In this document: piece by piece, positions 14,243 to 27,200 of the stretch
Layout of the letters: the number at the start of each line of letters is the position of its first letter
How positions within the stretch are numbered: the stretch's first letter is position 1
Assembly: GCF_004010195.1 (NCBI RefSeq)
Contig: NC_057736.1
Coordinates: 11,091,968 to 11,155,967 of the forward strand
Source: Chiloscyllium plagiosum
Taxonomy: Eukaryota
Length of the DNA stretch: 64,000 bases
Direction of reading: 5' to 3'
Made by a program: the position numbers and the translations under genes
The notes under the pieces: generated by a model
Told to the model about the DNA's origin: nothing
What the model saw: the letters and a program-made list of their open reading frames with translations, nothing else
Database searches by the model: none

Positions 14243-14519
14243 TCGCAGTGTCTGAGATCCAGGTTCAATTCCCACCTCAGGTGACTGACTGTGTGGAGTT
14301 TGCACGTTCTCCCCGTGTCTGCGTGGGTTTCCTCCGGGTGCTCCGGTTTCCTCCCAGTCTAAAGATGTGCAGGTCAGGTGAATTGGCCATGCTAAATTGC
14401 CCATAGTGTTAGGTAAGGGGTAAATGTAGGGGTATGGGTGGGTTGCGCTTCGGCGGGGCGGTGTGGACTTAGTGTGGAAACAGACCCTGCGGCCCAACAA
14501 GTAATCTAATCTAATCTAA
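14241..14519 (+). mobile_element. HE1-like V-SINE, 5'-truncated, with (AATCT)n tail
   Basis: B box, V-domain and taatctaatctaatct tail; inverted relative to the adjacent copy. Confidence 0.85.
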
Positions 14520-15410
14520 AAGTAAGAACATAAGAAGTAGGCGCAGGAATAGCTATCTGGCCTGTTGAGCCTGCTTCGCCATATATAACAATATCATCGT
14601 TGATCTTTTCATGGATTCAGCTCCACTTACCTGCCCACTTACCATAACCCTTAATTCTTTCATTGTTCAAAAATCTTATCTAAACAGCTCCTTCAGATTG
14701 GAGGTCTAGCAAATTATATCTGCAGCCCCTCCATTCCAGTTAAAGCAGCCCCAGCTTATAAATCTTCCTGTTAAAACATCCCAATACTGGCAACATTCTC
14801 ACAAACACCTGTTCTCTCCGGTGTAACTTCATTCTCCTTTTAATGGAGTGATACTGTCGTTATGGTTTAATAATTGTTTTATGCAGACTGTCCTAATTTC
14901 ATAAAATGTGCCTCATCTAATAAACAGAAGTATCACATATGGTTTCATAACCACCTTCAGACATCTGTAGATATGCATACCTAGTAGGCTGTCTCTCTAA
15001 ATGTCTTGGTATCCCATTATTTATGATACATTGTACTTACTTGTCTTGTTAGCCCTCCATAACATATTTCTCCATAATACATTTCTCAGGATTGAATATC
15101 ATTAGTCACTTTGTTGTCTTATCAAGATAGTCGATTTATGGGTTCCTACAGTCCACTGCTGCTGCTTTGGTACCCATGAAGAACGTTCACTATGAAGAGC
15201 AAAGAAACCTTGTGTTGAGCCCCATAATATGACTGGAAACATCTTTCCAGCTACAAAAACACTTATTGAGCATGACTCTGTTAGCTGTCAATTTTGACAT
15301 GGCTTGTTTATCATGGATTCCACTGCATTTTACTTTTCATATAAAATCCATATATACTGCATCAAATGCATTATTCCAATCCGACTCTTCTGGACTAACT
15401 TAAAAAATCA

Positions 15411-15598
15411 ACGAGGTAAAAACAATGACTGCAGATGCTGGGAACCAGATTCTGGATCAGTGGTGCTGGAAGAGCACAGCAATTCAGGCAGCATCTGAGG
15501 ACAGGCAAAATCGACGTTTCGGGCAAAAGCCCTTCATCAGGAATAAAGGCAGAGAGCCTGAAGCATGGAGAGATAAGCTAGAGGAGGGTGGGGGTGGG
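15411..15598 (-). mobile_element. Penelope-like (Neptune-type) 3' end stub
   Basis: Same terminal sequence (ggtaaaaacaatgactgcagat...) as the GIY-YIG element at 41508-42316. Confidence 0.85.
15513..15540 (-). ncRNA. Minimal hammerhead ribozyme motif (intact core)
   Basis: CUGAUGA-A-GGGC-UUUU-GCCC-GAAAC-GUC. Confidence 0.75.
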
Positions 15599-17424
15599 TA
15601 AACAGCTCCTTCAGATTGGAGGTCTAGCAAATTATATCTGCAGCCCCTCCATTCCAGTTAAAGCAGCCCCAGCTTATAAATCTTCCTGTTAAAACATCCC
15701 AATACTGGCAACATTCTCACAAACACCTGTTCTCTCCGGTGTAACTTCATTCTCCTTTTAATGGAGTGATACTGTCGTTATGGTTTAATAATTGTTTTAT
15801 GCAGACTGTCCTAATTTCATAAAATGTGCCTCATCTAATAAACAGAAGTATCACATATGGTTTCATAACCACCTTCAGACATCTGTAGATATGCATACCT
15901 AGTAGGCTGTCTCTCTAAATGTCTTGGTATCCCATTATTTATGATACATTGTACTTACTTGTCTTGTTAGCCCTCCATAACATATTTCTCCATAATACAT
16001 TTCTCAGGATTGAATATCATTAGTCACTTTGTTGTCTTATCAAGATAGTCGATTTATGGGTTCCTGCAGTCCTCTGCTGCTGCTGCTTTGGTACCCATGA
16101 AGAACGTTCACTATGAAGAGCAAAGAAACCTTGTGTTGAGCCCCATAATATGACTGGAAACATCTTTCCAGCTACAAAAACACTTATTGAGCATGACTCT
16201 GTTAGCTGTCAATTTTGACATGGCTTGTTTATCATGATTCCACTGCATTTTACTTTTCATATAAAATCCATATATACTACATCAAATGCATTATTCCAAT
16301 CCGACTCTTCTGGACTAACTTAAAAAATCAGTCTATTTAATCAGACGTAACCATTCCTTAGCAAAACCATGTCGATTGTCCTTGATTAGTCCACCCTTTT
16401 CTAAATGGTGATTTAACTCAATCATACTAACTCTTTCCAGTAATAGGTTAGCCTGACTGGTTTGTAATTGCTTAATATATCCCTTCCTTCTTACCAAAGT
16501 TAGCAGTAGCTCCTTCAGTCCTCTTGCCATGCCTGTAGCCATAGGGAATTGGAAAATGATGGTCAGTCTGCTTTGCTTCTTTCAATGTTCCATAAGACCA
16601 TAAGAAATAGGAACAAGAGTAGGCTGTTTGGCCCCTCAAGCCTGGTCCATCATTGAATAGGATCAGAGCTAATCCAACATTCTATGAGTCCACTTTTCTG
16701 CCCTTTCCCCATAACCCCTGATTCCCCCAATGAACCAAGAATCTACCTGTCTCAGTCTTAAATATACACAAGCATTCAGCCCCAAAAGATCTCTACAGAA
16801 AGAAATTCTAAAGATTCTCAACCTTCTGAGAGCAGAAATCCCTCCTCATTTCAACCTCAGATTGCTGCCCCTTTATTTTTGAGACCATGTCCTCTGGTCC
16901 TAGACTCTCCGAAGAGGGAAAACATCACCTCAGCATTTATCATGTACAGCCCCCAAACAAACCTACATGTTTCACAAAGATCACCTTTCATTTTATCAAA
17001 CTGTTTGGCCTTTGCTCATAAGAAAATTCCTTCATTTTAGGGATTATCCTATTGAACATTCCCTGAATTGCCTCCAATCAAGTGATATCATAAATCTTCC
17101 CTGTGTTGTGCCTTCTGATTTCAGCAGTCTGTTGTTATACTCCTGAGGGATGCAACTACCCTCTCTGCGAATTTTGGAACTGCACCCACACCCCAATGGG
17201 AACATTACCAGTTAAGAAATTTGATAGAGACCCAGACTAATGCTCTCAGATACAAATCCCACCATCCACACGTGGAATTTAAATTCACTCAATAAAATCT
17301 GGAATATAAAACTGGTTCTCAATGGTTTTTTTTCACAATCATGGTCACCATCAATCTGGTTGACTAGTGTCCTTCCAGGCAACATAATTTCCATCCTGAC
17401 TTGGTCTGACTTCTATACGATGTG

Positions 17425-17571
17425 TTGGAGCCAGTGTTAGACTGGGGTGGACTAAGTTAAAAATCACAACACCAGGTTATAGTCCAACAGGTTTATTTTG
17501 GAACTTCGAAAGCTACTGCTTCCAAATAAACCTGTTGGACTATAACCTGGTGTTGTGAGATTTTTAACTTT
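17425..17571. mobile_element. Penelope-derived fold-back (palindromic) mini element
   Basis: aagttaaaaatcacaacaccaggttatagtccaacaggtttatt and its reverse complement, pivoting at cttcgaaagcta; same family as 25982-26081 and 46827-47014. Confidence 0.7.
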
Positions 17572-18164
17572 ATATATGATTACAGTCCACAGAAATGTGG
17601 TAACCTTTAACTGCCCTTTGAAATGGCCTAGCATGTCACTCAGTTCAAGGACAATTTGGGATGGGCAACTAACAACAATGATGCCCTCATCTCATGAAAA
17701 TGTATCTCTTAAAAACTCAAATCTGGATCATATGAATCCAATAAACCAAAGTTTTAATACTGACTTGAGGGATGTCAGAGTCCACTTCCCTCCAGTGTAA
17801 AATAAAGACTCTTCATTGCTAATTATGTTAATTTTAGTCAATTTTGTATCCACATATCCACTGCCCCATTCATCCATTATGTGAACAAATCTTTTATATT
17901 ACTTGTGCAAACACCCTCTGAAACTCTGTACACACAAGATCAGTTGCACCAACTTCAACTGCCTCCATTGAAATTCGTTTATGGACTCAAATCACATTTG
18001 TCAGATGCTATTTGCCTTTAATAAACCCACATTGATTTTCATTACTTAACCCATGTTATTTTGAACATTAATTTGGGATTCTAAGTTTTCCACCAATGAG
18101 GAGGAGTTAACTAACCTTCTCCTTTGTTTTGAACACTCTCCAATCCTAAAGCATCGAATGAAGT

Positions 18165-19322
18165 GTGGGGTAGGCAATTCAGCCCTTTGAGCCCACTCCA
18201 CCATTTAACTTATCCTCGTCTCAACTCCACTCTCCTGTCTGCTCCCCAAAGCTCTTTACCCCAGTTTTTATTACCAACGTATCTATTTCTTTCTTGAATG
18301 TGTTGATTGATTCTGCCTCCACTGCATTCAGCGGCAGTGACTTCCACCAACTCTCAATCTTCTGGGAAAAGTAGTTTCTCCTCATCTCACTCTATATCTA
18401 CGCCCTTTTGTTCAAGACTGGCCCACAAGGGGGAACATCTGTTCAAAGTCCAGGTTATCAATCCCCTTTAGCATATTATATGCCTCAATCAGATCCCTCC
18501 TTGTTCTTCTGAACTCCAACAAGTACAACCCAAGCTATTCAACCATTCCACAAATCAACCTGTGAACCTCCTCTGAACTGCCTCCAGTGCTACAACCAAC
18601 TTACTCAATTAAGGAGACCAGAACTAGATACACTATTCCAGATGTGGTCTCACCAACATCTTGTATAATTTTAACATTACTACAATAAATGCCAGGATTC
18701 CCTTGGCCTTTCTGATTATATGCTGCACCTGCATACCCACTTTCAGCAATTCATGCACATACATTCCAGATTCCTCTGCACTGACGCACTTTGAATCTGC
18801 TTCCATTTAAATATGTTGCCTTGTGCATTTTGGCAAGCAAAATAAAATATTGCATTATCCACATTAAGTTCCATCTGCCAGACACATACATTCCAGATTC
18901 CTCTGCACTGACGCACTTTGAATCTGCTTCCCATTTAAATATGTTGCCTTGTGCATTTTGGCAAGCAAAATAAAATATTGCATTATCCACATTAAGTTCC
19001 ATCTGCCAGATTCTGACCCATTTTCCCCTCAATATCCATCTGTAAACTCTTTATCTCTTCATCACTGCCTGTTTTCCCACCTATTTTAGTATCATCCATA
19101 AATTTTGCTATGTTACATTCTGTCCCTGCTTGCATATCATTTACATAGATTGTAAATCGTTGCAGTCCGAGAATTGAATTCTGTGACATCACACTAGTTA
19201 CAGTTCACCATTTATCCCAATCATCTGCTCTCTGTCAGTCAGTTAGTCCTATCCAAACCAATACTCTACCCTGAACCCCCATGATCTAACCTCCGGGATC
19301 AGTCTTTCATGAGGCACCTTGT
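18165..19322 (-). mobile_element. Old CR1-like LINE fragment with an internal 127-bp tandem duplication (18756-18882 / 18883-19010)
   Basis: RT remnants IYVND..KFMDDTKIGG and WQMELNVD; the duplication is directly visible. Confidence 0.75.
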
Positions 19323-19724
19323 CAAAAACATCAATACAATTGACAAAGAGAATTGAAAGATTTTGGTTGGAGCCAAAATGGCAGAGTGGGCTCGAAGGGC
19401 TGAATTGCCTACCCCAATCTTCATTCCAATGCTTTAGGATTGAAGAGTGTTCAAAACAAAGGAGAAAGTTAGTTAACCTCTCCTCATTGGTGGAAAACGT
19501 AGAATCCCAAATTAATGTTCAAAATAACGGGTTAAGTAATGAAAAGTGCTATTTCCTTCCTAATACCTTCAGCAACCTAAAAAGCATTCTAATCAGACTG
19601 AGAATAGCCACCTTCATAAATTGAAACATAACGTGGAGAAGTCGGCTATTTAACACATCATACTAATAATGAACCTTTCATGACGTTGCCATCTGACTCC
19701 ATTTCTCCTCTCTTTCCCCACAGT

Positions 19725-20257
19725 ATAGAGTCATAGAGATGTACAGCTCGAAAACAGACCGATCGGTCCAACTCGTCCATGCTGACCAGATTTCCTAACC
19801 TAATCTGGTCCCATTTGCCAGCACTTGGCCCATATCCCTCTAAACATTTCCTATTCATGTACCCATCCAGATGCCTTTTAAATGGTGTAATTGTACCAAC
19901 ATCCACCACTTCCTCTGGCAGCTCATTCCACACACACACCTTTCTCTGCATAAAAAGGTTGCCCCTTAGGTCTCTTTTAAATCTTTCCCCCCTCATCCTA
20001 AACCTATGCCCTCTAGTTCTGGACTTGCCCCACCCCAGGGAAAATACCTTAATAAATTTACCCTACCCATGTCCCTCATGATTTTATACACCTCTATAAG
20101 GTCACCCCTCAACCTCTGATGCTCCAGGGAAAGCAGCCCGAACCTATTCAGCCTCTCTGTAGAGCTCAAACCTTCCAACTCTAGCAACATCCTTGTAAAT
20201 GTTTTCTGAACCTTTTCAAGTTTCACAACATCCTTCCTACAGGAAGGAGACCAGAAT
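19725..20257 (-). mobile_element. CR1/HER1-like LINE 3' end
   Basis: LEKVQKTFTRML...[22 protein letters not shown]; conserved tail. Confidence 0.85.
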
Positions 20258-21574
20258 CGTCAGGCACCTATTCCCTGTCACTTTTTACTTTTGAACCTTA
20301 CATACATCAGCCTTTTAGGAAGTGCATTCTGCATTTCTCCTTATTCCCACTCTGAATCATTTGTCAGGTATCTCAAATCCTTGTCCCCTAGTTACAAATG
20401 CCATGCCAGTGAAAAGAGTTTTATTGAAATGCCTTATCATTTTGAAAGTCTCTGTTAATTCTCTTTTAAGCATACTCTGATCCAAGAAGATGATTTAACT
20501 TGCCAGAAATATCTTTTAATTTTATCAATTTATCCACCCATCATTTTGACAGTGACAAACTCTTTGCACTATTTTTCCTGCCTCACTCCTCCTTCACATT
20601 TATTAACCATAGAAACTAGGAGCAGCTGTTTGAGCCTGCTCCACCATCATGGCTAAACATCTAACCCAATGCCATATTCCCACTTGCTCTCTGACACCTT
20701 GATGTGCTTACAACCTAAAAATGTATCTTTTTCTTTCTTGGATTCTCTGATTTATTAATGCATAATCAGGCCTCCTTCCTTTGCTTCATATTAATCTCAA
20801 TTGCCTTAGTCAGCAAGGGAGCTCCTTCTTGTTTTGGATACCCTACCTTTGCCTCTGATGGAAACGTGTTTAATCTATACCTGAATAACTCCTTCCTGAC
20901 GGCCTCCCATTGCTCATTAACTATTTAACCTGCCAATATTTGTTTCCAAAACATCTGGGTTGGACTCCTTGAAAACATGTAAATTAGTCTTCACCTCTTT
21001 TGTCCCTTTCCATGTTTACTGTCAATCTAATGGTGCTACTCTCAAGCTGTTATTGTTCATTAGGTGCTCTTACTTGTAACTTATTTCAGCTGGCACATTT
21101 CATTTGTGGAAATAGTTTTGTCCATGTTGAGCTCAACATACTGATTAAGAAAGTATTTTTAAGTTAAAAAAAATCCATTCCCTTCACTCAACTTATTATC
21201 TCCTTCTGCCTGTATCTGGTTAATGAAGACCCTTCCATTGTTGTTATAATTTAAATCTGCTCACATTTTCTCCTCCATCTCCTTCACACTAATTAGTATT
21301 CTTGAGTATTGCTGAAAAAAAGAAACATGTTGTTACAGCTTCTCATCTTGCACCTTCTGGATACGGTCAAAAGTGTCAAATTTCAAAGCAAATAATAATT
21401 TATACTTCATGAGAAAAGGATGCGGATTGGTTGGCAAGTCAGCTCCAATTGGCTGAGGCTTTACCAAGCACAATGCAATTAAGTTATTTTCTCCCAATTA
21501 GACCTAACTGCCAACTAATCTAGCAACTAATTTATGTTCAATTATCAAGCCTGTATTGATTTCTTAAAGAGTGT

Positions 21575-22620
21575 TTCATTGACCAGTGGCCATCTGAGAG
21601 GAAAGAATTCTCTTCACCTCTGTCTCAAAAAGGGGACCTCTTATTTTTAAACTATGTTCCCTTGGTGTACTTTTCCCCACAAAAAATCTTGTCAATATTG
21701 GCCCTATCGATTTCCCCCAGGATCTTATATGTTCCAGTAAGATCACCACTCTTTCTTCTAAATTTCTAAATAACATTTCAAATGCAATTGTAATTTTTTC
21801 AAATAAGCAGATCAAAACTGTACACAAAACACGCCAGATATGGTCTAATCCAGCCCTGTACAGCTGCAGTAAAACATCCCTACTTTTACATTCCATTCCC
21901 CTTACAACAAATAACAACATTCCATTCACCTTTCTAATAACTTGCTGTACCTGCATACTAACATTAGGGTTCATATGCCAGGACACTCAGATCCCTCTGA
22001 GCTACAAAATTCTGCTCTCACTATTTAAATAGTCTACTGCTTTTCTTTGCCAAAGTGACAAGTTCACATTTTCTCACATCGCAGTCCAGAGGGAGATGTT
22101 GCCATAGTGGTAATAATCCTACCTTACCTGCTGGTAGGATATAAATGCAATTAATTAGATCTGGGACAAAAGCCAATCTTAATGGTATGATCATAAAATT
22201 ATCATTGATTATTGTCACAAACTCATCCAGTCCATCAATGCCCGATAGGGAAGGCAATCTGCCATCCTCACCTGGTCTGGAATATATGTGACTTTAGGTC
22301 CATAGAAACATGGTTGACTTTTAACTGCCCTTGCAAGGACAGCAAGTGGTGATCTTGTTAGTGATATCCACATCCTATGAAAGAATTTTAAAAACTGTCA
22401 AATTTTCGCCCACTCACTTAACCTTTCTACATCCCTTTGTGGACTCTACGTCCACTTGACAGTTGACATTCTTATGTATTTTTGTGATCAGCAAACTTAG
22501 CTACCATACATTCAGTCTATTCACCCAAGTCATTGATATGGATTGGAAATAGTCAAGGCCACTCCATGATTCATGTGGCACTCCACTACTTACAATTTGC
22601 CAAATCAAAATGACTCATTT
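21575..22620 (-). mobile_element. Old CR1-like LINE fragments, interrupted by another repeat at about 22085-22390
   Basis: QVQQVIRKVNGML..RGMECKSRDVLLQLY remnants; gtggcactccact (GVPQ region) at about 22575. Confidence 0.6.
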
Positions 22621-24329
22621 CCTTTCTATTTCATGTTAGTCAACTAATACCCTGCTTTATTATCTTGTTTTCACATCTTCTCTCATGTGACACCTTCCCC
22701 CACTATTTTAGTCAAAAGCCCTCTCTGTTGCCCAAATTATATAACTCCCCAGAACACCACTCCTAGCATGGTTCTGATTTGATTTTCTGTTTTACTGGCG
22801 CCAGAGCCCCTTGAGTTGAAAACCACTTCTCCCACACAAGTCTTTGAGTCATGCATTCATCTTGTAATCTTATCTCCCTCGAACAATTTGCTTGTGGCTC
22901 AAGTAATCAGACTTCCTGCTTTTTTAATTTAGCCCCCAACTGCTCATATGCCCGAAGCAGAACTTCTTTCCCATTCCAACTTATGCTTTAGGTACCTAAC
23001 TATACTAAACTGGATCCTCTCACTCCCACTGCAATTTCCTCTACAGTCTTGCACAAATGTCCCAAAACCTGACAATGGGCAGGTAAAATGACCTTCTAGA
23101 CTCTTTCTCTTGATGACAGAGAAGTGTGTCTGTCTCCAGGAAAATACTTACGTTCACTAGATCCTGGAATGACAGAACTATCTTAAGAATCAAACTGAAT
23201 GGCCTTTAACCTCTGAAATAGAGATCTCAGACAAATATATATAAGTTCTTGAGAGGGTTTGACAATGTTGATTTTGAGAAGCTAATTAGTTGGAAACCAC
23301 CAAGAACTAAATGAAATTTTTAAATTGGGAGGTAGGCATTACAGGCAAAATTAACATTTTTGGTGACCCCTAATTGCACTTGAACTAGGTCAAACATGTT
23401 GTTGTGGTCTGGAGTCACAAGTAAGCCAAGACAGATTCATTTTGTTTACGGACTGTAGTAAGCCAAAAGGGATCTACAGTAATTGATAGTTTCAAGGCAC
23501 TATTAATGATGCTAGCTTTCAATTCCACGTTTAATTAATTAACCTCAAAGTAAGAAAAAAAAATCAGTGCATTTGTCTACTTGTGTCTTGAGGACAGATA
23601 GTAAAGGAGAATCAGGTCTGGTGACTGCGTAGAAAGTCACCAAAAAGGAAATATTTCTGACCTCGCTAGTTAAATAAGAAATCTTAAAGAGACAATAGGA
23701 GATACTTCATTTCATTTGAGTGTCTGTATAGGATATTGATAGGAAAAAGGGTTGAATCTTCATTTTTGCTGTTTATAAGATCCTTCCATTTGAGTGTATA
23801 TTTGCTATTCTTTATTAGTTAAAAAAAACTTTATTACATAAAGAACAGTGATAGCCTCTTATGAATGTGTTCAATAACTTAACCCCCCCAAAAAACCTAA
23901 CAAAAATGTGTGTTTCAGGTTTCAGTCTGGAATCTGACTTGTTCAGTGTCATCATCCGGGATCTTTACAAAGTGGATGCTTTTAGTGGAATTTAAATCTA
24001 TTATATTTAAGAGGGGTTTGTGAATCTTCTTTTTAAAAATGAGCACATGGAGTTGCAGGACATAAAATGGAAGAGCTTGTAAAGTATATTACACATTAGA
24101 ATTTTGACATGGCTAAACTTTTTCTAAGGTAAGAAACTGTAACTGGATCATTTAAAACAAAAGGCTGTACACAGAGTCAGCATTAACGTTCAAGGTAGAA
24201 ATAAAAGCAGGAGCTCACAAGGTTAAAATGCTTAAACTGATTACCTGACATTTAGAATTAAAAGGAGGAAAACCTAAAATCGCAGTAAGTAGCTAAGATT
24301 TAATTAAAATTGAAAAAAAACTTAAAGAC

Positions 24330-24679
24330 TATGAGGGGCATTGATAGGGTAAATAGGCAAAGTCTTTTCCCTGGGGTCAGGGAGTCCAGAACTAGAGGGC
24401 ATAGGTTTAGGGGGAGGGGGGAAAGATATAAAAGAGACCTACGGGGCAACTTTTTCCACGGAGAGGGTGATACGTATATGGAATGAGCTGCCAGAGGAAG
24501 TGGTGGAGGCTGGTACAATTGCAACATTTAAGAGGCATTTGGATGGGTAAATGAATAGGAAGAGTTTGGAGGATATGGGCCAGGTGCTGGCAGGTGGGAC
24601 TAGATTGGGTTGAGATACCTCCTCGTCCTGGACGGGATAGACCGAAGGGTCTGTTTCCATGCTGTACATCTCTATGACT
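24330..24679 (+). mobile_element. CR1/HER1-like LINE 3' end nested in the LTR remnant
   Basis: Matches the same 3' consensus as other copies. Confidence 0.85.
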
Positions 24680-26699
24680 TCAATAAGAGGAAGAACAGAG
24701 AAAGAAATGAAAAGACTTGAATTGGAAGTAAGAGAGAAAATAAGGGCAAAGAAAGAAGAGTCCTTATCAGCCATGATCATAATGTTGCAGCAGACACAAA
24801 AAAGCAAATAGCTTACTCGACTCATTTACAATGTAAAGAGAATGAAGAAAAGAAAATAAGCCTTGAAGTGAAAAGAGAGAAATAAAAAGAACAAAATGAA
24901 GACCAATGGAAGGGAAATTGAATGAAAAATGCTATACTCTAAATGGGAAAGTCATATAGCATGTTTTAGCTAAAGGAAATCTTAGAATAAACGCGGAAAC
25001 AAAAAAATAGTTAAGGTAACGATTCTTATTCCACTGAGGAATTTAACTGGAGATCTGCGTTTCATGTCTGAATTTACAGAGGATAGAGTTGGAAAATAAA
25101 AGGAAAAGCAAAAACACTGGGGAAGCTGGAAATCCGAAACAAAAATAGAAAGTGTGGCAGCATCTGTGGAGAGAACAAAAATTAAAGTATCAAGTCCAAT
25201 ATAATTCTTCTTCAGAGAGTTTTGTAAAGATAGCTGTGAAGCTGAATCTTACGGTTGATGGGTACACCAATGAATGGCCAGTTTTTCAGAGAAACAATCA
25301 ATCTGCAGACTATCAATGTTAAAAAAGAAATTATCACTTCTTAAAATTTGACCCTGAAGTGTATCAATTAAAATGCAGTACCATAAGGAGGAAACCTAAT
25401 TAGACATCTGTAGAATTTGCATGGGAAAAATAATTAAGCCATCTATGGTTTTGATCACTGAATTTTCAGAGAAACAAGTTAAAACATGAGAAATGATGAT
25501 ACTGGAAGGATTCTGAAATAGAATTCTGATAACCATTAAGAATTATTTAGATGAATGTCAAGTATCAAAAAACTAAGACACAGCAGTTCTGTCAGATACA
25601 CATATCTCTCAATTGTGTGAAGTAGTGGTTGTAACAAGGTAATTGGAGGAATAAAGAAAACTGGGAATGAAAAAGCTACTAATTTTTGGGATTGAACACA
25701 AAAAAGCTTGAAGAAGAAAGGCCGGAACTTAAAAATTGATATAAAGAAAATAATACTGGAGTATATTCTCTCAGAACCTACAAGTCAGGGAGAGATGGCT
25801 CAGGACAATAAAGAAAGGTGGTTATGAATATTTTATTTCAAAAGCAGTAGTTCCTTATTCTTCTAATCAAGGAGGCAATCCAAGAAAGATATTGAGAAAC
25901 ATGTGCAAATCAGTCACTGATGCTGGCTGAAGACACCTGTCTTCCAGATGGGTTAAAGATCAGAAATATACATTTATTGGACATAGCACTAGCTTCCAAA
26001 TAAACCTATTGGACTATAACGTGATGTTGTGGTTTTTAACTTTGTCCACTCCAGTCCAACACCAGCCCCTCCAAATCATAATTATTGGAAGCACGCAAGG
26101 AGATTGCAAAACATTTCCATTGTCTGGAGTTGAATTAAAGAGTGACTTAATAAAGAGAGAAGTTGTAGTTGGATGAGTGAATAAATTTATTTTTTCTGAG
26201 GGAATGACTTGTATAGTTTAAAAATATTGGCCTCACCAACGATGTTGATATAGCCAGCTAAAGTAAAAGAAACGGATGTTACAGGAGTGACATCTTCGAC
26301 TGTTTTCAAGCGGTGCTGTGATTAGATTTCAGGTTCATAGAATTGGACAAGAAAAAGGGCGATGAAATAGAAGTAATATGGAAATTCAGTTTTGAAAACA
26401 CAAGTAAAATGTATAGAAAATTAGGCAAACCCCTGTTTAATACATCATCTTTTAATAGAAATATAACTGATAATTCATCATTTGAGAGAGAAGTATTAAA
26501 AAAGTCAAATTGAAATCAGAAGTAATACCTGTTTTATTATCGAGAGAAAGTATCAGTGAAGTTTATGGAGATCTCAAATACTAGATGGTGGTGATTGGGC
26601 AATGCTCAGTTTGCTCATACTTCCCAATTCTACAATAAAAACATAATCCAAAAATGTAGTAATATTCTTTCACCATTATGTACCATAAGGCAGACCAGG

Positions 26700-26795
26700 G
26701 TCTAGATTAGAGTGATGCTGGAAAAGCACAGCAGGTCAGGCAGTCTCAGAGGAGCAGGAAAAATTGACATTTTGGGCAAAAACCCTGCATTAGAA
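26700..26795 (-). mobile_element. Penelope-like 3' stub with a degenerate hammerhead
   Basis: 15-bp TSD ataaggcagaccagg at 26685-26699 and 26796-26810. Confidence 0.75.
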
Positions 26796-27053
26796 ATAAG
26801 GCAGACCAGGCTGGAGAAATGAGAAGCAATAATGATTGTTAAACTGGTTTACTTCAGTTATGGATGGACTCAATTCAGTTTGTATAATATCAAAACAATG
26901 AACAGCATTTTCACTTACCCACATCATTACGTTTTCTTGTAAACGTAAAATTAATGACCAACCTTAGATCTCCTGCTGAGTTTGTCCTTTAGTGAGACAT
27001 CTACAATCCTTTCACAGGTCATGTGGAAGAAAAAAATTGGGTACTGCTGAGAA

Positions 27054-27200
27054 CAAGTGTGGTGCTGGTAAAGCACCTTCATTAGGCTTATGTCCGAAAA
27101 GTTGATTCCCCTGCTCATCGGATGCTGCCTGACCTGCTGTGCTTTTCCAACACCACACACTCAACTCTAATCTCCAGCATCTGCACTCCTCACTTTCTCC
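27054..27200 (+). mobile_element. Penelope-like stub with a short 5' inversion
   Basis: TSD tactgc(t/g)gagaa at 27042-27053 and 27201-27212; gtgtggtgctgg...ccaacaccacac inverted arms. Confidence 0.7.

Larger units (their letters stand above)
14681..16330. repeat. About 730-bp near-identical direct duplication (14681-15410 and 15599-16330)
   Basis: The copies match almost base for base (about 5 small differences seen) and are separated by a 188-bp insert. Confidence 0.95.
23550..26900 (+). mobile_element. Highly decayed Gmr1-like Ty3/Gypsy LTR retrotransposon (SCAN-like capsid, protease)
   Basis: 25353-25430 reads PEVYQLKCSTIRRKPN*TSVEFAWEK; about 25490 EMMILEGF; 25889-25925 ILR.. /ANQSLML; about 26129 VELKSDLIKREVVVG; about 26200 GND; boundaries approximate. 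Confidence 0.6.
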
